Of a DNA stretch of 64,000 bases, positions 39,664 through 51,439 are shown in pieces; positions within the stretch are counted from its first letter, which is position 1; each line of letters starts with the position of its first letter. Made by a program: the position numbers and the translations under genes. Origin of the DNA: Castellaniella sp. (lineage in GTDB: Bacteria > Pseudomonadota > Gammaproteobacteria > Burkholderiales > Burkholderiaceae_B); contig NZ_JBATXG010000003.1 of NCBI RefSeq assembly GCF_049673105.1, forward strand, positions 21,207 to 85,206, read 5' to 3'. The notes beneath the pieces are model-generated. The model was not told the origin of the DNA. It saw only the letters and a list, made by a program, of their open reading frames with translations, and did not search any database.

Positions 39664-40683
39664 ATGGATCATCTGCAAGCCATGCGCGTCTTTACGCGAG
39701 TCGTCGATGCCAACAGCTTTACTCAGGCGGCAGACAGCCTGGGCATGCCCAGGGCCACCGTGAGCACACTGGTTCGCAAACTGGAAAAATACCTGGGGAC
39801 GCGGCTGTTGAATCGCAGTACGCGCCGCCTGAGCCTGACGCCGGACGGGGCGTCTTACTACGAGCGCTGTATCGGCATCCTGGCCGACGTCGAGGATGCG
39901 GAATCGTCCTTTCGCGACCGGGCGCGCGGCCCGCGTGGTCTGTTGCGTATCGATGCGCCGCCATTTCTGGGTCGGCAGGTGTTGGTGCCCAGGCTGTGTG
40001 AATTCCACCATCGCTACCCGGACATCGAATTGGTGGTCGGCATGAGCGACCGGGTGGTCGACATGGTCCAAGAGGCCGTCGATTGCGCCTTGCGCATTGG
40101 CGAACTGCAGGATTCCACGCTGGTTGCCAAGCGCATCGGCGTCTTCAGGACGCTGACGTGCGCGGCGCCGTCCTATATCGAACGCTACGGGAAACCAGAA
40201 CGCATCGAGGATCTGGGCCGTCATCGGGCAGTCAATTATTTCCTGGCCCGGACCGGGCGCACGGTGGACTGGAGCTTCCTGGTGAATGGCGAAATCGTGA
40301 ATGTACCCATGAAAAGCTCGCTGTCCGTCAACGATGCCGAGGCCTGTATCAGCGCCGGGCTGGGCGGGTTCGGCATGATTCAGCCGCCGCGCTATATGGT
40401 TGCGCCATACCTGGATTCCGGCGAGCTGATTGAGGTGCTGGAACCCTGGGCGCCGTCGCCGATGCCGATTTCCATCGTCTATCAGCAAAGCCGGCACCTG
40501 TCTTCCAAGGTCCACGTGTTCGTCGACTGGATTACCGAGGTCTTTCAGGGGTGTGCGTTGATGGAAAAATGCCGGGGCGACTATCCGCTGGATCAGGACT
40601 GCCGGTTTGCGTGCGAGGGGGAGATGTCCAACGGCCTGCAGGAAATCATGGCGCGGCAGAATCTGCTGGAAAGTGTATTCTAG
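39664..40683 (+). CDS. LysR-family transcriptional regulator, divergent from the MexEF-OprN-type operon
   Basis: N-terminal wHTH MDHLQAMRVFTRVVDANSFTQAADSLGMPRATVSTLVRKLEKYLGTRLLNRSTR, followed by a LysR substrate-binding domain. Confidence 0.9.
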   Translation: MDHLQAMRVFTRVVDANSFTQAADSLGMPRATVSTLVRKLEKYLGTRLLNRSTRRLSLTPDGASYYERCIGILADVEDAESSFRDRARGPRGLLRIDAPPFLGRQVLVPRLCEFHHRYPDIELVVGMSDRVVDMVQEAVDCALRIGELQDSTLVAKRIGVFRTLTCAAPSYIERYGKPERIEDLGRHRAVNYFLARTGRTVDWSFLVNGEIVNVPMKSSLSVNDAEACISAGLGGFGMIQPPRYMVAPYLDSGELIEVLEPWAPSPMPISIVYQQSRHLSSKVHVFVDWITEVFQGCALMEKCRGDYPLDQDCRFACEGEMSNGLQEIMARQNLLESVF

Positions 40684-40814
40684 GGAATCACCCAGCCCGT
40701 CGCGTGATTCCGGAGAGACCACGCCGACGGGGTGTCGATTGGGCTTGAATGTGACTTAACCCACTGATTTTGCTGGTTATTTATGTTATGCTATCAGCAA
40801 TTTCAAGGCATCAG

Positions 40815-40899
40815 TGGTGCGAACGGAGAGACTTGAACTCTCACGCCTTTCGGCGCCAGAACCTAAATCTGGTGCGTCTACCAATTCCGCCACGTTCGC
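40815..40899 (-). tRNA. tRNA-Leu (anticodon UAG), 85 nt, with encoded CCA
   Basis: The reverse complement GCGAACGTGGCGGAATTGGTAGACGCACCAGATTTAGGTTCTGGCGCCGAAAGGCGTGAGAGTTCAAGTCTCTCCGTTCGCACCA folds into a cloverleaf. It has a 7-bp acceptor stem, the anticodon loop TTTAGGT, a long variable arm and a GTTCAAGT T-loop. Confidence 0.93.
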
Positions 40900-41013
40900 T
40901 AGGTTAGCCGGGCATTATAGCGTGAAACTCCCGGCGCTCCGGTGCTTCTACGCCGGCCTCGACTTTCCGCTAAAATAGCCCGTTCACTGTCCATTACTAT
41001 CAATAGGTTCCGA

Positions 41014-42324
41014 ATGCAGCCCGTGGTTGAAAAACTGTCCGGCCTGGAGCGCCGTGTCGATCTGAGCGTTTCTGTGGCCGACATCGAGAAAGAAGTCCAG
41101 GCACAACTCAAACGCGTCGCCCGCACAGCCAAGGTCCAGGGGTTTCGCCCCGGCAAAGCCCCGCTGTCCGTGATTGAACGCAGCCATGGCCCTTCGGTGC
41201 GCTATGACGTCATCAATACCCAGATCGGCAAATCCCTGGACAAAGTCATTGCCGACGCCAATTTGCGCGTCGCCGGTTCGCCCAGCCTGGAACCCAAGGT
41301 CGATGGTGTCGAAGAAGGCATCATGGCGTTTTCCGCCACCTTCGAAGTCTATCCCGACGTCGAACTGCCCGACCTGTCCAGCCTGAAGATCACCCGCAGT
41401 GCGGTGCAGGTGGGTGATGCCGAAGTCCAAAAGACCATCGACATCCTGCGCAGCCAGCGCACCATCTTCAAGGCCGTCGCAGATCGCGCCGCTCAGTCCG
41501 GCGACCGTATTACGCTGGATTTCGCCGGCACCATCGATGGCGTGGCCTTTGATGGCGGCACCGCCCAGGACTTCCCCTTTGTGCTGGGCCAGGGCCGCAT
41601 GCTGCCCGAATTCGAAGCTGCCGCCACTGGCCTGAAGGCCGGCGAAAGCAAGGTCTTCCCGCTGGATTTCCCGGAAGACTACGGCAGCGCCGCTGTGGCG
41701 GGTAAACAAGCTGAATTCACCATCACGGTGAAAGAAGTCGCCGAACCCGAACTGCCCGAAGTCGATGCTGATTTCGCCAAGGCGCTGGGCCAGGCCGACG
41801 GCAACGTCGACGCCCTGCTAACCGAAGTGCGCGGCAACGTCGAACGCGAAGCTCAGGCCCGTGCAAAAAGCCGCACCAAAGGCAGCGTGATGGACGCCCT
41901 GGCTGCCGCCTGCACCTTCGATCTGCCCAAGGCCCTGGTAGACAGCGAAGTCGCCAGCCGCACCGCCGCCGCCCGCGAAGAACTGAAGCAACGCGGTCTG
42001 CCCAATGCCGATTCCATCCCCATCCCGGAAGACACCTTCCGTCCGGAAGCCGAACGCCGTGTGCGTCTGGGCCTGCTGGTGGGTGAACTGATCAAGTCCG
42101 CCGACCTCAAGGCCAAGCCCGAGCAGGTCCGCGAGCGCATCGAGGAATTCGCCAAAAGCTACGAGCAACCGGCCCAGGTCGTCGCCTATTATCTGTCCGA
42201 CCGCCAGCGCCGTGCCGAAATTGAATCGCTGGTGCTCGAAGACAATGTCGTCGATCACGTCCTGGCCGCTGCTCAGGTCACCGACGAAAACGTGGATTTT
42301 GATACCTTGATGGGAACGCGTTAA
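41014..42324 (+). CDS. tig: Trigger factor
   Basis: Start re-placed at [19 protein letters not shown]. The GFRPGKAP ribosome-binding motif is present. The gene precedes clpP-clpX-lon. Confidence 0.93.
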   Translation: MQPVVEKLSGLERRVDLSVSVADIEKEVQAQLKRVARTAKVQGFRPGKAPLSVIERSHGPSVRYDVINTQIGKSLDKVIADANLRVAGSPSLEPKVDGVEEGIMAFSATFEVYPDVELPDLSSLKITRSAVQVGDAEVQKTIDILRSQRTIFKAVADRAAQSGDRITLDFAGTIDGVAFDGGTAQDFPFVLGQGRMLPEFEAAATGLKAGESKVFPLDFPEDYGSAAVAGKQAEFTITVKEVAEPELPEVDADFAKALGQADGNVDALLTEVRGNVEREAQARAKSRTKGSVMDALAAACTFDLPKALVDSEVASRTAAAREELKQRGLPNADSIPIPEDTFRPEAERRVRLGLLVGELIKSADLKAKPEQVRERIEEFAKSYEQPAQVVAYYLSDRQRRAEIESLVLEDNVVDHVLAAAQVTDENVDFDTLMGTR

Positions 42325-42983
42325 TGTCCAGGTTCACCGATTTCTATGCCTCGATGTATGGGGGAGATTCCGTCACCCCCACGGGCCTGGGCTATGTGCC
42401 CATCGTCATCGAGCAGTCCGGTCGCGGCGAACGCTCCTACGATATCTATTCGCGCTTGCTGCGTGAACGGGTGATCTTCTTCGTGGGGCAGGTCAACGAT
42501 CAGTCGGCCAACCTGGTCGTGGCCCAGCTGCTGTTCCTGGAATCGGAGAACCCTGACAAAGACATTTCTCTGTACATCAATTCGCCGGGCGGTTCGGTCT
42601 ACGCCGGCATGGCCATCTATGACACCATGCAGTTCGTCAAGCCGGCTGTGTCCACTCTGTGCACCGGCCTGGCCGCCAGCATGGGGGCGTTCTTGCTGGC
42701 GGCGGGTGAAAAGGGCAAGCGTTATGCCTTGCCCAATTCCCGCATCATGATCCACCAGCCGTCGGGCGGGGCGCAGGGTCAGGCATCTGATATCCAGATC
42801 CAGGCCAAGGAAATCCTTAGCCTGCGCGAACGCCTGAACGGTATCCTGGCAGATCGCACCGGGCAGGATATCGAGCGCATCGGCATCGATACCGAGCGCG
42901 ACAATTTCATGTCCGCCGACGACGCGCAAGCCTATGGCCTGATTGACAAGGTCCTGGTTTCGCGCACCGACGAGACCAAATAA
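42324..42983 (+). CDS. clpP: ATP-dependent Clp protease proteolytic subunit
   Basis: [22 protein letters not shown], with catalytic Ser (AASMGA) and His (IMIHQP) contexts. The ATG overlaps the tig stop by 1 nt. An alternative start lies 10 codons downstream. Confidence 0.93.
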   Translation: MSRFTDFYASMYGGDSVTPTGLGYVPIVIEQSGRGERSYDIYSRLLRERVIFFVGQVNDQSANLVVAQLLFLESENPDKDISLYINSPGGSVYAGMAIYDTMQFVKPAVSTLCTGLAASMGAFLLAAGEKGKRYALPNSRIMIHQPSGGAQGQASDIQIQAKEILSLRERLNGILADRTGQDIERIGIDTERDNFMSADDAQAYGLIDKVLVSRTDETK

Positions 42984-42996
42984 GTACAGGGTTGCC

Positions 42997-44292
<1,296 letters not shown>

Positions 44293-44344
44293 TCATCCAC
44301 TCAGCGACCGGTTCTGCCTTTATACTGACTGACAGGCACGAGGT

Positions 44345-44372
44345 CTTGAAAGCCTCGCACCTGGCACCATAT
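44345..44372 (+). promoter_or_regulatory. Candidate sigma32 (heat-shock) promoter upstream of lon
   Basis: CTTGAAA - 13 nt - CACCATAT, compared with the recalled sigma32 consensus CTTGAA-N13-14-CCCCATnT. It lies 77 nt upstream of the lon ATG. Confidence 0.45.
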
Positions 44373-44392
44373 GGGTAGACAGGCAATACACG

Positions 44393-44419
44393 AAAAAGGA
44401 AGCCTGAGCTTCCTTTTTT
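44393..44419. terminator. Symmetric hairpin with flanking A/T tracts (intrinsic-terminator-like) in the clpX-lon spacer
   Basis: AAAAAGGAAGC-ctga-GCTTCCTTTTTT read directly, 30 nt upstream of the lon ATG. Confidence 0.55.
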
Positions 44420-44448
44420 ATTGGAATCAATCGTTTTAGGAAGCAACC

Positions 44449-46908
44449 ATGTCTGCTAGCCAGATTCTGACCCAGGAACCTGCGGATTTGCCGCTGCTGC
44501 CGTTGCGCGATGTCGTGGTCTTTCCTCATATGGTCATCCCGCTGTTCGTGGGGCGCCCGCGTTCCATTAAAGCCCTGGAACTCGCCATGGAAGGCGGCAA
44601 CAGCATCATGCTGGTTGCTCAAAAATCCGCGGGCAAGGATGACCCCACACCGGATGATCTGTACGAAATCGGCTGCGCCGCCAGCATTTTGCAGATGCTC
44701 AAACTGCCCGACGGGACCGTCAAGGTCCTGGTAGAAGGCCAGCAGCGGGCGCGCATCCATGCGGTGTCGGATGCCGAAACGCACTTCGCGGCCAGCGTCA
44801 GCGGCATCGCCGAAGACGAATCCGACCTGGCCGAGGCCGAGGCCATGCGCCGCGCCGTGCTGGCCCAGTTCGAACAGTACGTCAAACTGAACAAGAAAAT
44901 CCCCCAGGAAATCCTGACCTCGCTGACCGGCATCGAAGACGCCGGTCGTCTGGCGGACACGATTGCCGCGCATTTGCCGCTGAAGATCGAACAGAAACAG
45001 TCCCTGCTGGATATGGTCGGGGCCGTGCCGCGTCTGGAAGCCTTGCTGGCGCAACTGGAATCCGAAATCGACATTCTGCAGGTCGAAAAACGCATTCGTG
45101 GCCGCGTCAAAAAGCAGATGGAAAAGAGTCAGCGCGACTACTATCTGAACGAGCAGGTCAAAGCCATCCAGAAGGAACTGGGCGAGGGAGAGGAAGGCGC
45201 AGACATCGAGGAACTCGAACGCAAGATCGCCGCTGCCCGCATGTCCAAGGAAGCCCGCAAAAAGGCCGACAGCGAGCTTAAAAAGCTGAAACTGATGTCG
45301 CCCATGTCGGCGGAAGCCACCGTGGTGCGCAACTACATCGACACTCTGATCGGCCTGCCTTGGCACAAAAAGAGCCGGGTCGACAACACCCTGAAAAACG
45401 CCGAAGAAGTCCTCGACGCGGATCACTATGGCCTGGAAAAGGTCAAGGAACGCATCGTCGAATACCTGGCCGTGCAGCAGCGCGTCGAAAAGCTCAAGGC
45501 CCCCATCCTGTGCCTGGTGGGGCCTCCGGGCGTGGGCAAGACATCCCTGGGGCAATCCGTGGCGCGGGCGACCAATCGCAAGTTCGTGCGCATGGCCTTG
45601 GGCGGTGTGCGCGACGAGGCTGAAATCCGTGGTCACCGCCGCACCTACATCGGTTCCATGCCCGGCAAGATCCTGCAGAACATGAGCAAGGTCGGGGTGC
45701 GCAACCCCCTGTTCCTGCTCGACGAGATCGACAAGCTGGGCGCGGATTTCCGCGGCGACCCCTCGTCGGCGCTGCTGGAAGTCCTGGATCCGGAACAGAA
45801 TCACACCTTCCAGGATCACTACATCGAGGTCGATTTCGATCTGTCCGATGTGATGTTCGTGGCCACCAGCAATACGCTGAACATTCCGCCGGCCCTGCTG
45901 GACCGCATGGAAGTCATCCGCCTGTCAGGTTACACGGAAGACGAAAAGGTTCACATCGCCTTTGACCATCTGCTGCCCAAGCTGATGAAAAACAACGGCG
46001 TGCAGGACGGCGAACTGACCGTGACGGACGCCGCCATCCGCGACATCGTGCGCTACTACACGCGCGAAGCAGGGGTGCGGGCGCTGGAACGGGAAATCTC
46101 CAAGATCTGCCGCAAGGCCGTCAAACGCCTCTTGTCGGCCAATCCGGTGGGCAAGGGGCGCAAGGTCGCCAAAGTCGTCGATTCCCTGACCGTGGATACC
46201 GACAATCTGGGCGATTACCTGGGCGTGCGCCGCTTCAGTTTCGGCGTGGCCGAAAAAGAAGACCGCGTCGGGCAGGTGACGGGGCTGGCCTGGACGGAAG
46301 TGGGCGGCGATCTGCTGACCATCGAAGTCGCCGACATGCCCGGCAAGGGCGTGGTCACGCGTACCGGTTCCTTGGGCGATGTGATGAAGGAATCCGTCGA
46401 AGCCGCCCGCACAGTGGTGCGGGCCCGCGCCCGCCGTTGGGGGATTGCCGATCAGGTCTTTGAAAAACACGACCTGCACGTGCACTTCCCGGAAGGCGCC
46501 ACGCCCAAGGACGGCCCTTCCGCCGGTGCCGCGATCACCACGGCTATGGTGTCGGCGCTGACCGGCATTCCGGTGCGCGCCGACGTCGCCATGACAGGGG
46601 AAATCACCCTGCGCGGCGAGGTGCTGGAGATCGGCGGCCTGAAGGAAAAGCTGCTGGCGGCGCATCGCGGCGGCATCAAGACCGTGATGATCCCCGAGGA
46701 AAACATCAAGGACCTGGCTGAAATCCCGGATAACGTGAAAAACCACCTGGAAATCATCCCGGTGCGCTGGATCGACCGGGTGCTGGAAGTCGCTTTGCAG
46801 CGCATGCCCACGCCGCTGTCGGACGAGGAGGTCGCCCGCCTGGCTGCTGAGGCCCTGACGGCGGCCAAGCCCTCGGGCTCCGGGACCGGAGATGTGATCA
46901 AGCACTGA
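44449..46908 (+). CDS. lon: Endopeptidase La (Lon protease)
   Basis: 819 aa with a Lon N-domain, AAA+ Walker A GPPGVGKTS, and a proteolytic Ser motif DGPSAG. Confidence 0.96.
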   Translation: MSASQILTQEPADLPLLPLRDVVVFPHMVIPLFVGRPRSIKALELAMEGGNSIMLVAQKSAGKDDPTPDDLYEIGCAASILQMLKLPDGTVKVLVEGQQRARIHAVSDAETHFAASVSGIAEDESDLAEAEAMRRAVLAQFEQYVKLNKKIPQEILTSLTGIEDAGRLADTIAAHLPLKIEQKQSLLDMVGAVPRLEALLAQLESEIDILQVEKRIRGRVKKQMEKSQRDYYLNEQVKAIQKELGEGEEGADIEELERKIAAARMSKEARKKADSELKKLKLMSPMSAEATVVRNYIDTLIGLPWHKKSRVDNTLKNAEEVLDADHYGLEKVKERIVEYLAVQQRVEKLKAPILCLVGPPGVGKTSLGQSVARATNRKFVRMALGGVRDEAEIRGHRRTYIGSMPGKILQNMSKVGVRNPLFLLDEIDKLGADFRGDPSSALLEVLDPEQNHTFQDHYIEVDFDLSDVMFVATSNTLNIPPALLDRMEVIRLSGYTEDEKVHIAFDHLLPKLMKNNGVQDGELTVTDAAIRDIVRYYTREAGVRALEREISKICRKAVKRLLSANPVGKGRKVAKVVDSLTVDTDNLGDYLGVRRFSFGVAEKEDRVGQVTGLAWTEVGGDLLTIEVADMPGKGVVTRTGSLGDVMKESVEAARTVVRARARRWGIADQVFEKHDLHVHFPEGATPKDGPSAGAAITTAMVSALTGIPVRADVAMTGEITLRGEVLEIGGLKEKLLAAHRGGIKTVMIPEENIKDLAEIPDNVKNHLEIIPVRWIDRVLEVALQRMPTPLSDEEVARLAAEALTAAKPSGSGTGDVIKH

Positions 46909-46941
46909 CCCCTGCGTCCGGCTTGACGGCGCTATGACACT

Positions 46942-46983
46942 AAACAGGCCTCGCTTCTTTTCGAAGCGAGGCCTGTTTTTTTT
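46942..46983. terminator. Rho-independent terminator after lon. It can also serve convergent lexA.
   Basis: AAACAGGCCTCGCTTC-tttt-GAAGCGAGGCCTGTTT followed by TTTTTT. Confidence 0.85.
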
Positions 46984-47036
46984 GCCGGGGGTTGCCCCCA
47001 GGGCAAAAAGGCTCTATTGGGAGTAGCAAGCAGCCG

Positions 47037-47798
47037 TCAGTGCAGCGAGGTCGTGCGGATCAATCCCACGGCGATGCCTTCGATCGCGAAGTCGTCGCCG
47101 TCGCCCACCACGATGGGGGAAAAGTCGGGGTTTTCGGGTAGCAGGCGGATGTGCCGGCCTTGGTGATCCAGGCGTTTGACCGTGACGTCGTCGCCCAGCC
47201 GGGCCACCACGATCTGGCCGTGGCGGGCATCCGGTGTGCTGCGCACCGCCAGCAGATCGCCATCCAGGATGCCGGCATCGCGCATGCTGCTGCCGCGTAC
47301 TCGCAGCAGGTAGTCGGGGGCGGAGTCAAATAGCTGCGGCGCCACCGGAATTTCGCGTTCGACGTGTTCCGCAGCCAAGATCGGACTGCCGGCGGCCACA
47401 CGGCCAATCAGCGGGATCAGGTGCGGATCGGAATCAGCTGTCCAGATGGGCGCCCCAGGAGGGGGCTGGATCGCCCGCGCCGCCGTGATCAGCCCGGCGC
47501 TGGCGGGCGGTTGCGTGGCCTGAGGAGAGACGGGTGGGAAGGAGGATGCTCCGGCCTGCGCCTGTGGGGCTGCCGGCTGCGCCAAAGCAGTGAGCTGGAT
47601 GCCGCGCGACGTGCCCGCTGTCAGCAGGACGTAGCCCTTGCGTTCCAGTGCGCGCAGATGGTCTTCTGCAGCGTTGGCGGAACGGAAACCCAGTGTCCGG
47701 GAGATTTCAGCGCGAGTCGGCGGGCGCCCCGTCTGGTTGATGGCCTGGGCGATCAGCGCCAGGATTTGAGCTTGCCGGGCAGTGAGCTTAAGAGACAT
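47037..47798 (-). CDS. lexA: LexA repressor (S24 peptidase) with an unusually long inter-domain linker
   Basis: N-terminal LTARQAQIL...PPTRAEI...[20 protein letters not shown]. Cleavage region [11 protein letters not shown]. Catalytic Ser (GSSM) and Lys (VKRL) contexts are present. Confidence 0.93.
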   Translation of the reverse strand: MSLKLTARQAQILALIAQAINQTGRPPTRAEISRTLGFRSANAAEDHLRALERKGYVLLTAGTSRGIQLTALAQPAAPQAQAGASSFPPVSPQATQPPASAGLITAARAIQPPPGAPIWTADSDPHLIPLIGRVAAGSPILAAEHVEREIPVAPQLFDSAPDYLLRVRGSSMRDAGILDGDLLAVRSTPDARHGQIVVARLGDDVTVKRLDHQGRHIRLLPENPDFSPIVVGDGDDFAIEGIAVGLIRTTSLH

Positions 47799-47808
47799 AG
47801 CGGGCTAC

Positions 47809-47824
47809 TGGATGAAAACACAGC
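47809..47824. promoter_or_regulatory. SOS box (LexA operator) upstream of lexA
   Basis: TACTGGATGAAAACACAGCC compared with the consensus TACTGT-N8-ACAGTA. The CTG-N10-CAG core is intact. It lies 11 nt upstream of the lexA ATG. Confidence 0.7.
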
Positions 47825-47854
47825 CTGTATTCTGTCGGAATGCTCGGGATAAGG

Positions 47855-47880
47855 CAAGGCCCGGATGGAAGTCCGGGCCT
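47855..47880 (-). terminator. Candidate terminator hairpin downstream of the aminotransferase gene
   Basis: AAGGCCCGGA-tggaag-TCCGGGCCTT, a 10-bp perfect stem with a weak T-tract. Confidence 0.45.
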
Positions 47881-47985
47881 TGTGTCGTGCAGCTATGGCG
47901 GTCAGGACACGCCTGCCTCGCGGCCTGTATGCCTTTTGGGTTCGCCAGGCATGGGGCGTCCTTCAGGACTGCACTATGACCGGAC

Positions 47986-49191
47986 TCATCCTTTCAGCAC
48001 CTGAGCGATGGCGCGGGCCACGTAGTCGATATTGGCGCTGTTCAGGGCGGCCACGCAGATGCGACCGCTGCCCACGGCATAGATGCCGAAGTCTGAGCGC
48101 AGGCGCTCGACCTGGGGCTTGGTCAGGCCCGAATACGAGAACATGCCGCGTTGCGCCTTGACGAAGCTGAAGTCGCGATCGACGCCCTGGGTGTGGATCT
48201 GTTCGACCAGTTGGTGGCGCATGGTGCGGATGCGGTCCCGCATGCCGGCCAGCTCTTCGGCCCACAGGGAAAACAGCGCCGGCGTGTTCAGCACCGTGGA
48301 CACCAGGGCGCCGCCGTGAGTGGGCGGATTGGAATAGTTGGTGCGGATCACGCGTTTCAGCTGGCTGAGCACCCGGGCGCTTTCCTCGTCGCCGCTGGTG
48401 ACCAGGGTCAGGGCGCCGACGCGTTCACCGTACAAGGAAAACGACTTCGAGAACGAGGAACTGATGAACATGGTCATGCCCAGGTCGGCGAACAGGCGCA
48501 CGACGGCGGCGTCTTCTTCCAGGCCCGAACCAAAGCCCTGGTAGGCGATGTCCAGGAAGGGCACCAGCTGGCTGGTTTGCAGTGTCTGGGCGATGTCGCG
48601 CCATTGTTCCGGAGTGGGGTCCACGCCGGTGGGGTTGTGGCAGCAGGCGTGCAGCACGACGATGGTGCCGGCGGGCAGCGCCTTGAGCGAGGCCAGCATG
48701 CCGTCGAAGTTCAGGCCATGAGTGGCGGCGTCGTAGTAGTCGTAGCTGACGACCGGAAAGCCGGCGGCGGAAAACAGGGCTTCATGATTGGCCCAGCTGG
48801 GATTGCTGATGGCTACTTGCGCCTGAGGCAGGATCTGCTTCAGGAAGTCGGCGCCGACTTTCAAGGCGCCGGTTCCGCCCAGCGTCTGGACGGTAACGGA
48901 CCGGTGCGCGGCCAGCAGCGGCGACTTGGCGCCCAGCAGCAGGGCGGCGGCGCCCTGGTTATAGCCGGGAATGCCGTCGATCGGCAGATAGTTGCGCGGG
49001 GCAGCTTGCTCGAACAGCGTGGCTTCTGCTTGGCGCACGGCCTTGAGCAGGGGAATGTGGCCGCCATCGTCCGTGTAGACCCCCACGCCCAGATTGACCT
49101 TGGTGGACCGGGTATCGGCCTTGAATTGTTCGTTCAGGCCCAGAATGGGATCGCGCGGAGCGAGTTCAACAGAAGCGAAAATAGAGGACAT
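47986..49191 (-). CDS. Aspartate/aromatic amino acid aminotransferase (AspC/TyrB class I)
   Basis: Start re-placed at [19 protein letters not shown]. The PLP-lysine context [15 protein letters not shown] and the HACCHNPTG motif are present. Confidence 0.9.
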   Translation of the reverse strand: MSSIFASVELAPRDPILGLNEQFKADTRSTKVNLGVGVYTDDGGHIPLLKAVRQAEATLFEQAAPRNYLPIDGIPGYNQGAAALLLGAKSPLLAAHRSVTVQTLGGTGALKVGADFLKQILPQAQVAISNPSWANHEALFSAAGFPVVSYDYYDAATHGLNFDGMLASLKALPAGTIVVLHACCHNPTGVDPTPEQWRDIAQTLQTSQLVPFLDIAYQGFGSGLEEDAAVVRLFADLGMTMFISSSFSKSFSLYGERVGALTLVTSGDEESARVLSQLKRVIRTNYSNPPTHGGALVSTVLNTPALFSLWAEELAGMRDRIRTMRHQLVEQIHTQGVDRDFSFVKAQRGMFSYSGLTKPQVERLRSDFGIYAVGSGRICVAALNSANIDYVARAIAQVLKG

Positions 49192-49285
49192 GGGGTTACC
49201 GTTTAGGCAGAAGGGAATAGTGCTTGGTCGCGTGGGCCAACGATGGGATAATAAGGGGTTTACCCGAATAGTGTCTAGACGAACC

Positions 49286-51316
49286 ATGGAGAGCGGCATA
49301 AATACCCCAGGTTTTGTGCATTTCCCTGACAGCCCATTTCAGTTGTATCAGCCGTATCCGCCGGCCGGCGACCAGCCTGCCGCGATCGATGCCCTGGAAG
49401 CCGGGGTGCGCGATGGTCTGATGAGCCAGACGCTGCTGGGGGTGACCGGGTCGGGCAAGACCTACACCATGGCCAATCTGATCGCCCGCACCGGGCGCCC
49501 GGCCATCGTGCTGGCGCCCAATAAAACCCTGGCTGCCCAGCTATATGCCGAAATGCGCGAATTCTTTCCCCGCAACGCGGTGGAATATTTCGTGTCCTAC
49601 TACGATTACTATCAGCCCGAGGCCTACGTGCCATCGCGCGACCTGTTCATTGAAAAGGATTCGTCCATCAATGAACACATCGAGCAGATGCGCCTGTCGG
49701 CCACGAAAAGCCTGCTGGAACGCAGGGACACCATCATCGTAGGCACCGTGTCCTGCATCTACGGGATCGGCAATCCGGCGGATTACCACGCGATGGTGCT
49801 GACCCTGCGCACAGGCGACCGCATTGGCCGCCAGGAAATCCTGGCGCGGCTGGTCTCCATGCAATACGAGCGCAATGATACGGATTTTGCCCGCGGGACT
49901 TTTCGCGCCAGGGGCGAGATCATTGATGTGTTTCCGGCCGAACACGCGGAACAGGCGCTGCGCATCACGCTGTTTGACGACGAAATCGAATCCCTGGACC
50001 TGTTCGACCCCCTGACGGGCAAGCTGGTGCAGAATCTGGTGCGCTTCACCATCTTTCCCAGTTCACACTACGTGACGCCGCGCGAAACGGTGCTGCATGC
50101 CATCGAGACCATCAAGGAAGAACTGCGCGACCGTCTGGCGGAACTGACTGCCGATGGCCGCCTGGTCGAAGTCCAGCGCCTGGAACAGCGCACCCGCTTC
50201 GATCTGGAAATGCTGCAGGAACTAGGTTTCTGCAAGGGCATCGAGAACTACTCCCGCCATCTGTCGGGGGCGGCGCCGGGCGAACCCCCGCCCACCCTGA
50301 TCGACTACTTGCCGGCCCGGTCCCTGATGTTCATCGACGAAAGCCACGTCACCATCGGCCAGTTGGGCGGCATGTACCGAGGCGACCGCTCGCGCAAGGA
50401 AACCCTGGTGCAGTTCGGGTTCCGCCTGCCATCGGCCTTGGACAACCGGCCCCTGCGCCTCGAGGAATTCGAGGCCCGCATGCCGCAGTGCGTGTTCGTG
50501 TCCGCCACGCCGGGGCCGTACGAGGCCGAGCACGCCGATGCCGTCATCGAACAGGTGGTGCGTCCCACCGGTCTGGTTGACCCGGAAGTCGAACTGCGTC
50601 CCGCCGCCACCCAGGTCGATGATCTGCTGGGCGAGGCCAAGCTGCGCATCGCCGCGCGCGAGCGTGTCCTGGTGACGACGCTGACCAAGCGCATGGCCGA
50701 GGACCTGACCGAATACCTGCAGGAAAACGGCCTGAAGGTGCGCTATCTGCACTCGGACATCGATACGGTCGAGCGGGTCGAGATCATCCGCGACTTGCGT
50801 CTGGGCGCTTTTGACGTGCTGGTGGGCATCAACCTGCTGCGCGAGGGCCTGGATATCCCGGAAGTCTCTCTGGTGGCGATCCTGGACGCGGACAAGGAAG
50901 GGTTTCTGCGTTCAGAGCGCAGCCTGATTCAGACCATCGGGCGGGCGGCGCGCAATCTGAACGGTCGCGCCATCCTGTATGCCGACCGGGTGACGGATTC
51001 CATGCGCCGGGCGATGGATGAAACGGCCCGCCGCCGGGAAAAGCAGCAGGCCTTCAATGAAGAACACGGCATCACGGCGCGCGGGGTCAGCAAGGCCGTG
51101 CGCGATCTGATCGACGGGGTGTCGGTCGCCGCCGGTCCGGTGCTGGAAGCCTCGGGCTTTGATGCCAGCGTGCTGGGTGACGACAAGGCCTTGGCGCGGG
51201 AAATCAAGCGTCTGGAACATTTGATGAATGACCATGCGCGCAACCTGGAATTCGAGCAGGCCGCCGCCGCGCGCGATGCCTTGCGGGCGCTGAAAGACCA
51301 GGCCTTGCTGTCTTGA
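49286..51316 (+). CDS. uvrB: Excinuclease ABC subunit B
   Basis: Start re-placed at [32 protein letters not shown], and a C-terminal UVR domain ([12 protein letters not shown]) are present. Confidence 0.95.
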   Translation: MESGINTPGFVHFPDSPFQLYQPYPPAGDQPAAIDALEAGVRDGLMSQTLLGVTGSGKTYTMANLIARTGRPAIVLAPNKTLAAQLYAEMREFFPRNAVEYFVSYYDYYQPEAYVPSRDLFIEKDSSINEHIEQMRLSATKSLLERRDTIIVGTVSCIYGIGNPADYHAMVLTLRTGDRIGRQEILARLVSMQYERNDTDFARGTFRARGEIIDVFPAEHAEQALRITLFDDEIESLDLFDPLTGKLVQNLVRFTIFPSSHYVTPRETVLHAIETIKEELRDRLAELTADGRLVEVQRLEQRTRFDLEMLQELGFCKGIENYSRHLSGAAPGEPPPTLIDYLPARSLMFIDESHVTIGQLGGMYRGDRSRKETLVQFGFRLPSALDNRPLRLEEFEARMPQCVFVSATPGPYEAEHADAVIEQVVRPTGLVDPEVELRPAATQVDDLLGEAKLRIAARERVLVTTLTKRMAEDLTEYLQENGLKVRYLHSDIDTVERVEIIRDLRLGAFDVLVGINLLREGLDIPEVSLVAILDADKEGFLRSERSLIQTIGRAARNLNGRAILYADRVTDSMRRAMDETARRREKQQAFNEEHGITARGVSKAVRDLIDGVSVAAGPVLEASGFDASVLGDDKALAREIKRLEHLMNDHARNLEFEQAAAARDALRALKDQALLS

Positions 51317-51439
51317 TGGCCTGCGGCAGAGGCATGAATGCCCCTGCGTCGCAAAGTGACTGACACGACAGGAATTTTTGTGAATTTTCCCGGAAAAAGC
51401 TTGCCAATTTCCGGGTTTTCCCTCACACTTTCACCTATC

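Noticed and set aside
40684-40899. tRNA-Leu as a possible genomic-island integration site, with the adjacent LysR/efflux block as cargo
   Set aside because: There is no integrase, no direct repeat of the tRNA 3' end that I could find, and no compositional break. The flanking genes are ordinary chromosomal genes.
40914-40919. Perfect TATAAT (minus strand) 15 nt upstream of the tRNA-Leu 5' end, considered as the tRNA promoter -10 element
   Set aside because: The spacing to the mature 5' end is plausible, but no acceptable -35 element lies 16-18 nt upstream. It was therefore not reported as a feature.
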